From the NCBI RefSeq assembly GCF_035594765.1, contig NC_085846.1:40473190-40537189 (forward strand): 64,000 bases of DNA, given 5' to 3'. Positions within the stretch are counted from its first letter, which is position 1; each line of letters begins with the position of its first letter. Positions 57,174 through 64,000 of the stretch are shown in pieces. The position numbers and the translations under genes were made by a program. Under the pieces are notes generated by a model, which did not search any database, was not told where the DNA came from, and saw nothing but the letters and a program-made list of their open reading frames with translations. Origin of the DNA: Anolis carolinensis. Taxonomy: Eukaryota.

Positions 57174-57529
57174 GTGAGATACCTGGGCGAGGCGGGGGCG
57201 CTGTGTAGGCCCTCCGCCTGCTATCCCTCCCTTCCTCCCTTCGTTTTGCATTGTACTCTGAGATGCACAGATGGAGCATCCCTTATCTGAAATCCTCCCA
57301 AATGGGTATCTTGAGAAAGTTGACAGCTTTGCTTTCTGGGTGGTAAAATTATTGTGTAAAAAGTATATAATATGAATCATAAATGTATTTTGGGTTTCGA
57401 CTCAGGAAACCCATTTCCAAGACATTTATTTATATGCATTGTGGCAAATGCAGGTTACCAACAAGATGGGTTCTGTAGCTTTGTTCCTAAGTTGCTTTTG
57501 TGTGTAACCCAGTTCTACTAGTCCTTTCC

Positions 57530-58585
57530 ACCTAATGCCAAGGAAGCTGTCCTGACTCTAAACCAGTGCCTGTCATCAGTAATGGAATGGATGAGGGCAA
57601 ACAAATTGAAACTTAATCCATACAAGACAGAGGCACTCCTAGTCAGTCATAAGGCAAATCAGGGAATAGGAATTCACCTGTGCTGGATGGGGTTACACTC
57701 CCCCTGAAGATACAGGTCCGCAGTTTGGGGGTCCTTCTGGACTCGGCCCAGGTGTCAGTGGTGGCTAGGAGGGCCTTTGTGCAATTAAAACTTGAGCACC
57801 AACTGCGCACGTTCCTTGAGAAGACAGATCTGGGCACGATGGTCCATGCCATAGTTACATCCCGTCTAGATTACTGTAATGTGCCCTGTGTGGGGCTTCC
57901 TCTGAAACGTCAGCTCGTCCAAAGAGCTGCAGCCAGGTTGCTCACTGGGATTGGATACAGGGAGCAGACAGCCCCCATGTTGCAGCAGCTCCACTGGCTG
58001 CCAGTCTGTTTCCAGGCACAATTCAAAGTGCTGGTAATGACCTTTAAAGCTGTAGACCAATAGTTCTCAACCTGTGGGTCCCCAGATGTTTTGGCCTGCA
58101 ACTCCCAGAAATCCCAACAGCTGGTAAACTGGCTGGGATTTCTGGGAGTTGTAGGCCAAAACATCTGGGGGCCCACAGTTTGAAATCCACTGCACTGGAC
58201 GATTCAGGTCCAGGCTATTTGGCCGACTGCATCCCCTTGTACAAAACTGCCCAGGCCCTGAGATCTTCAGAAGAGGCCCTTCTCTCAGTCCCACCTTCAT
58301 CTCAACTTCAATTGGTGGGAACAGAGAGAGCGGGCCTTCCTTCTTGGTGGCTGCCCCTCAACTCTGGAACTCCCTTCCCTGGGAAGCCAGAATGGCTCCC
58401 TTCCTGCTGTCCTTCAGGTGGCAGGTTAAAGCCTTCTTATTCAGGAAGGCTTTTAAATAAGGTTTTAAAGATCGTCAGGGGCTTCTGTGATTTTATATGC
58501 TTTTAATCATGTCTCATACTTGATATTTGAATATTTGTACATTTTGTATTACAGTGCTTTTAGTTGTGAGCCGCTTTGAGTCTCC
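57530..58585 (+). mobile_element. L2-clade LINE fragment
   Basis: VRSLGVLLDS...SRLDYCN...LHWLPV...FKVLV motifs; interrupted by a MITE. Confidence 0.88.
58058..58192. mobile_element. Second copy of the 135-bp SPIN-like MITE
   Basis: Same length and body as 22786-22920, with degenerate TIR and TSD. Confidence 0.85.
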
Positions 58586-58669
58586 ATATAGATAAACATA
58601 AGTCAGAATAGGTACTTTTTTAAAAAGTGTAACTCCAGCCACTTATTATTATTATTACTACTACTACTA

Positions 58670-59142
58670 TTGGGGTGTTGTGTGGTTTCCAGGCTGTATG
58701 GTTGTGTTCTATCAGCAGAAATAGCAAGAGAAAATGCTGTTAGAACATGGCCATACAGCCTGGAAACGACACAACACCCCAGTGATTCTGACCGTAAAAG
58801 CATATGGCAATGTATGATTGTTATTATTATTAAAAGACCCTTCTAATATTTCCTTTCTAAAATAGTGTATTTATTGTATTTTAATTCTGTTTTTACTACA
58901 TTGTTACTATTTAATTGGAGTAGTGTGTGTTTTCCTGGCTGTATGACTGTGTTCTAGCAGCATTTTCTCCTGACGTTTCACCTGCATCTGTGGCTGATGT
59001 CTTCAGAGGATCTGGTGATGGTAAAGCAAGTGTAGTATATATACCTGTGGAACATTAGGAGAAAAAACTGCTAGAACACAGCCATACAGCCTGGAAACCA
59101 CACAACACCCAAGTGATTCTGGCTGTGAAAGCCTAGAACAAT
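58670..59142. mobile_element. Two Penelope-derived short elements (a further fragment lies at 60040-60135)
   Basis: Same inverted arms as 42332-42556. Confidence 0.7.
58969..59009 (-). ncRNA. Minimal type I hammerhead ribozyme-like motif (Penelope-associated)
   Basis: Minus strand reads CCU-CUGAAGA-C-AUC...GGU-GAAAC-GUC-AGG. Confidence 0.5.
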
Positions 59143-59314
59143 ATATTATTATTATTTGTTTTATTGATTTACTTTGTTTTATACCCTACCCTCTCTCCCT
59201 CATTGAGGGACTCATAGCGACTATCACTCAGCGACATTTCGATGCCGTTCAAACCTAGGACAATACAAACGCAAAATACATATAAATCAAACACAGACAT
59301 TTTTAACACATCTT

Positions 59315-59345
<31 letters not shown>

Positions 59346-61480
59346 TATTATTAGTGTTTGATAGCTTAGAGATGGATTTGCAATCCTGTTCGGAAGATTG
59401 CGCCTCACTTTCTCTCCCTGTGACAATTGGATTTTGAAGAAATTGGGTTGTCGTGGAAACCAATTGTTGAAAAAGCTTCAGTGGAGATACCTTTTATCCC
59501 ATAATAACTCTTACAGGAGTGAATTTCCCTTCCTAGGGTAGATCTCACTTCCTGTTTTCTCACCCCCATTTGTAACTAGGAATCAAGTGTAATTTGTAAC
59601 TTGAGGACTGCCTGTATATGTATTTCTAACACTAAAATCCAAAATGCATACTTCAGATCCTAAGCAGTTTGGGTAGAGGTTCCAAATAATCAGTGTGGAA
59701 GGAGGTACGGCTAGATGGCCCTTGTGGTCTCTTCCAACTCTGTGATTCTACAGGATGTTTCAAAAAAGATGGGCCTGATTTGACGTTGCAATATCCCTGC
59801 AACCACAAACTGCCCTGATAAATCAAGACCTTACTACTTGAAAGAATAGGGCACAGTTTCAAAGGATTGCTGGTAGATGCTTCTCCTAGTACGCAAGCAG
59901 GCCCTAGCCTCAGTCATTCACCAGATGTCAATCCCCCACCATAAGGCCTAAGAACATTTTCTCCATTTTTGAGTTATTTTTTAAGATTTATTTCCAGCCC
60001 AGAATTGTTAGTAAAACTTGACAACTTGAAAATTCATTAAACCTCTGAAGGTGCCAGCCACAGATGCAGGTGTAACGTCAGGTGAAAATCGTGCTAGAAC
60101 ACGGGCATAGAGCCTGGAAACAACACAACACTCCATTCATTAAACCATTTGTAACTTTTTGTGTAATTGTAACATGTTGCCATCATGAAGTATACTGCTT
60201 TGAAACTGGGTCCATTATTTTTGGAATACCCAGTATGATTCTAATTCTGGTTCAGGAGAAAAACAAGCAGGCATCTTACATGAAGTGGGATTTTTTTGGG
60301 GGGGGTGGGTGGGTTCTGGTGTCCTTTCCTATGAGAGTTTTCAATTATATGACCCACTTCCCAGCCCACAGATTCTCAGCCCCACAAGAATTGTGAGCAC
60401 ACAAGTGCTGGTCCTCTCTGCTCCCATACTTTTGTTTCAGATTGAAATGGGAACCAGGTGGACTTTCCTCACTGTGCAGAAAACTACTCTTTTTGTGTTC
60501 ATGTCTCATTTGGAGGTCCAGGCAGTGTGTCTCTTCAAAGTGAGCAAAAACTAGATTTCACCTCACTTTCTGTCCCTGTGATAAGTTAGATTCCCAGTGT
60601 CTGTAAATGAGATTTGATCTTAGTCACTATTTTGCTGGTTAGAAAATTTGTGTACACTTTGAACAAAGAGAAGAGGAGCCAGTCACAGCCATTGCCCAGT
60701 TCTGTTGTGTAAGAGGGATTGTTGTGGGGCAAGCTGGAGCAGGCTGAGTTTACAGAGTTCAGTGTGGTGACTAATGAGGGCTGGTGATGAGCCTGCTGAC
60801 CATGTGGGCTCTTGAGGGCTTGATAGTGCTGCTCGGATGCTGTAAAATGTTCAGTGCCTCAGAGAATCCAGCATTGAGAAGCAAAAATTAGTTTAATGCA
60901 GGAATTCCCACATGATGCGCTTGGCATTCAGGTGGCCTTTGTGGAATCCCTGTCTGTTTCTTGCAGAAGTGATTCTCATTGCCATGCTTAGTAAAATGAC
61001 CAGGATAATCTCCAACCAGGATCTGTCTCTGTTCTGTCAACAGTCTGTGCTTTGAAACAAGTATGAATACCTCCTTAGCTCCTTGTCCCAGTCTCCACTG
61101 CACAGAGTAGTAGATCCCACTTCAAGAATTTTTGTGTCATAGCAAAATACTTTGTCAGATAACTAAATTTTATGCAACAATGGGAAGTGTGCTGTTCAGC
61201 TCCAATACAGGCCTTGGATAGCATAGGAGAGGGTTAGCACTCCTGTGGTGTTTGTTTTGCTGTCTGTTACCCTTTCAGAAGATTCCACCTCACTTTCTAC
61301 CCCTGTGATAATTAGATTTTGAGAAAAAATTGTCTTGTTGTGGAAAAAGGGATTACTAATAAAGCTTCAGCTGAGACACATTTTCTCCATGATAACTTTT
61401 TCAGGAGTAAATTTCCCTTCCTGGGTAGATTTCTCTCACTTCTTGTTGTCTCACCCCCAAATTCTCTGTCCCTTATGGCA

Positions 61481-63048
61481 GTGACAAATGATCAGCCACT
61501 GCCAGAAGGGACAGAGAGTTAATCTATGCTGACGATCGTGTCATCACCGCCCAAGCAGGGAGCTTTGAAATAGCTGAACAGAAACTCTCTGAAACGTTAA
61601 GTGCTTTTGATGTCTATTACAGGAAAAAACAGCTTATTCCTAATCCATCTAAAACACAGACATGTGCTTTTCAACTTAAGAACAAACAAGCATCTCGAGC
61701 TTAGAGGATTACCTGGGAAGGAATCCCACTGGAGCATTTCAGCAAACCAAAATTATTGGGAGTTACCTTGATATCATGCAAAATGTGGGTGCTAGAAACA
61801 ATCTGTATATAAAAATGTAATGTGCGTTTTATTACGGAGTAAACAACAAAACCACTGAACCAAATCACACCAAATTTGGCCACAAAAGACATAGTCATCC
61901 AAAATATATCTTTCAAACAAAAAACCCTAGAAAAATAAAGCCCAAATTAGAGGAAGAGGAAGAACTGTTTTTTCCCCTTGCTGCCAGTTAGAAGGGTAGG
62001 CTCTGCCCACTTTGTCTCCTAGCAACCCACTCAGCCAGAATGGCGCCCAGGGCCTCTTCACTCAGGCCTCTTCCACACTGTCTATAAAATACAGATTATC
62101 TGATTTGAACTGGGTTATATGGCAGTGTAGAATCAAGACCCTACCACACACCTATATAACCCAGAATATAAGGCAGGATAATGGACAATATCTGCTTTGA
62201 ACTGGATTATCTTGAGTCCACACTGCCATATAATCCAGTTCAGTGTGGATTTTATACAGTTGTGTAGAAGGGGCCTCATATAATCCAGTTCTAAGCAGAT
62301 AATATAAGATTATAAATATAATATCTAAAATTACTGTGGTATAATAATACAAAACAATATAATCTCTAAAATCAGGACAGTAAATAAAGAGCAACAGTCT
62401 GAAAACAGGGGAATCCCAGAAAGAAAACAACCAGGGCCAGCTAACACCTCCCAACAAAGGATTTCCCCAGGCAGGAAGCAGCCAGGCTTTGAAACTGCAA
62501 GGCAATTAAATGCTAATCAATGTGACTAATTGCAGCATTCATACTTGCTGCACTGAGACTATTCATTGCTATTCAACCTGGCCAACCAAGAATTCCACAA
62601 GGTAGAAAGCGGCCAGGCTTCCAACCAGCAAGGCTATTCAGTGCTGTTCAGCCTGGTCAACCCTAGGTGGAAAACCCTCAGGTTTTGAAGCCATGAGGCT
62701 ACTCTGTCCCATTCAACCAACCCAAGAAAGGATGCCCCTATATAGAAAGTGGCCAGGCTTTGAAGCAGCGAGGCTATTCACTGCAAATCAAATTGGCCAA
62801 AAAACCATTCCTCTAGAACTCAAGTACCCAGCCTTCCAAGCAGCAAGCCTATTCCATTGTATTCCAGCTCACCAAACAAGGATTCACATAAGAAGAAAAC
62901 GGCCAGGCGTTGAGGCTGCAAGGCTATTCATTGCTATTTCACCTTGTCAACAAATGATTCTCATAAGCCACAGCAACACGTGGCCGGGCACAGCTAGTAT
63001 CATACGAAAGCTGACTGGCACAGCCTGGGGATTACAACCAGAGACAGT
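61481..63048 (+). mobile_element. Vingi/Ingi-like LINE RT fragment split by a Helitron
   Basis: TNDQPLPEGTES..IYADD..LIPNPSKT..LGVTL; frame ARN|NIIRKLTGTAWG rejoins after removing 61802-62997. Confidence 0.7.
61802..62997 (+). mobile_element. Non-autonomous Helitron
   Basis: 5' TC, 3' hairpin CCACAGCAACACGTGG then CTAG, inserted at A^T with no TSD. Confidence 0.85.
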
Positions 63049-63964
63049 CATGGAAGCTGGACAGCTTTGGTTGCCTGGCATGATAGCTTTATGGTCTGTG
63101 CTATAAAATTAACTAGTTTCCCCATATATGTGATTTTCATTAAATGAATGTCACTATCTCTCTCCAATTGTTGTGGATTCAGCGGATCCCCAACAATAAA
63201 GGATTGTATGTGGCTAATCAGCGAGGAGAAAGCACACAGGTCCTATTCAGTTTGGGAACAAGAAAGTCTTCAGATCTTCTCACAAAAGCAAAAAGATCCT
63301 CTGAGCTCATGTGTCATTTGGTAACCCATTGTTGAATGGTTCTGCCTCTCACTGGATTAACCAGTTTCTTGGCATGGGTTGTGTGGCTGAGTATGTCTCT
63401 TGATAAATTGAATAGAGTGCCAGCCCTTCAGTAGTGCTGAGCTTGTCAGAGTTATGAATTCTTCAGAATCTCTACTCATTGATGTTGTGACAAAACATTG
63501 AGTGTTCCACAGTTGTGTGTTTCAATTTGAAAAGGTGCTTCAACCTGTTAGCATTTTTGACAGAAAAATTGATTAGAGAAAGCCATAACTTTATTGTCAG
63601 TTGTACATCATTATAAATAGTAGTTCAACCAACATTATGGCACAGTGGAAGTTTATAATGTAGTGGAAAGCAACTACTGGCTTGAATAATATGTGGACAC
63701 GAGTGAAAAGATAACCACTGGTTTATAATGAGTCTTAGAATTTATGTAACAAAAGTGTAGTTGAAAAATGTGATAATTGAGGGCATCCTAGACTCATGCT
63801 GTGTTTACATTGACTGTAACTGCTGTTCCTTCTACTTTTCTGTGGGCCCTTTGCTCTGAAATACTAAATTATTCAAAGCTTTTGGCTGTTGCCAGCATTT
63901 GTGTTCCAGTTACTATAGAGAAAATAGGACTCTAGGTTTCAGGAGGGATGGTGAAATGTATCAA

Positions 63965-64000
63965 GTTAACCTATTTCTGATTTTTTGTTTTTCTCAAGCT
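63965..64000 (+). other. Candidate 3' splice site for RETREG3 exon 2
   Basis: Branch-like TTAAC/CTGAT, U-rich tract and AAG at 63996-63998, at the window edge. Confidence 0.35.

Overview
Vertebrate genomic DNA, most likely a squamate. The repeat landscape (CR1 with ATTCTATG tails, 5S/Sauria-type SINEs, Penelope, R4/Dong, L2, hAT and Helitron elements) fits Anolis-type lizards; this is an inference. The window holds three protein-coding genes in the conserved order PLEKHH3(+) -> <-TUBG1(-) <-> RETREG3/FAM134C(+). (1) Gamma-tubulin is complete and intact: 11 exons, 1356 nt, 451 aa, minus strand 56527..37650. Only one copy is visible where mammals have TUBG1 and TUBG2. (2) PLEKHH3 (PH-MyTH4-FERM) starts at 12127. 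Exons 1-10 are intact, but exon 11 is frameshifted with an early stop and exon 12 is barely recognisable. (3) RETREG3 exon 1 lies head-to-head with TUBG1 across a 416-bp CpG-island promoter. The rest is introns and intergenic DNA full of nested transposable elements, plus one 149-N gap. I found no convincing new multi-gene system. The most unusual signals are a perfect 96-bp inverted repeat between the convergent PLEKHH3 and TUBG1 3' ends, the apparent decay of the PLEKHH3 FERM C-terminus, Penelope-derived minimal hammerhead motifs whose integrity tracks orientation, and atypical substitutions in gamma-tubulin. All comparisons to human proteins and repeat families are from memory; no searches were run.
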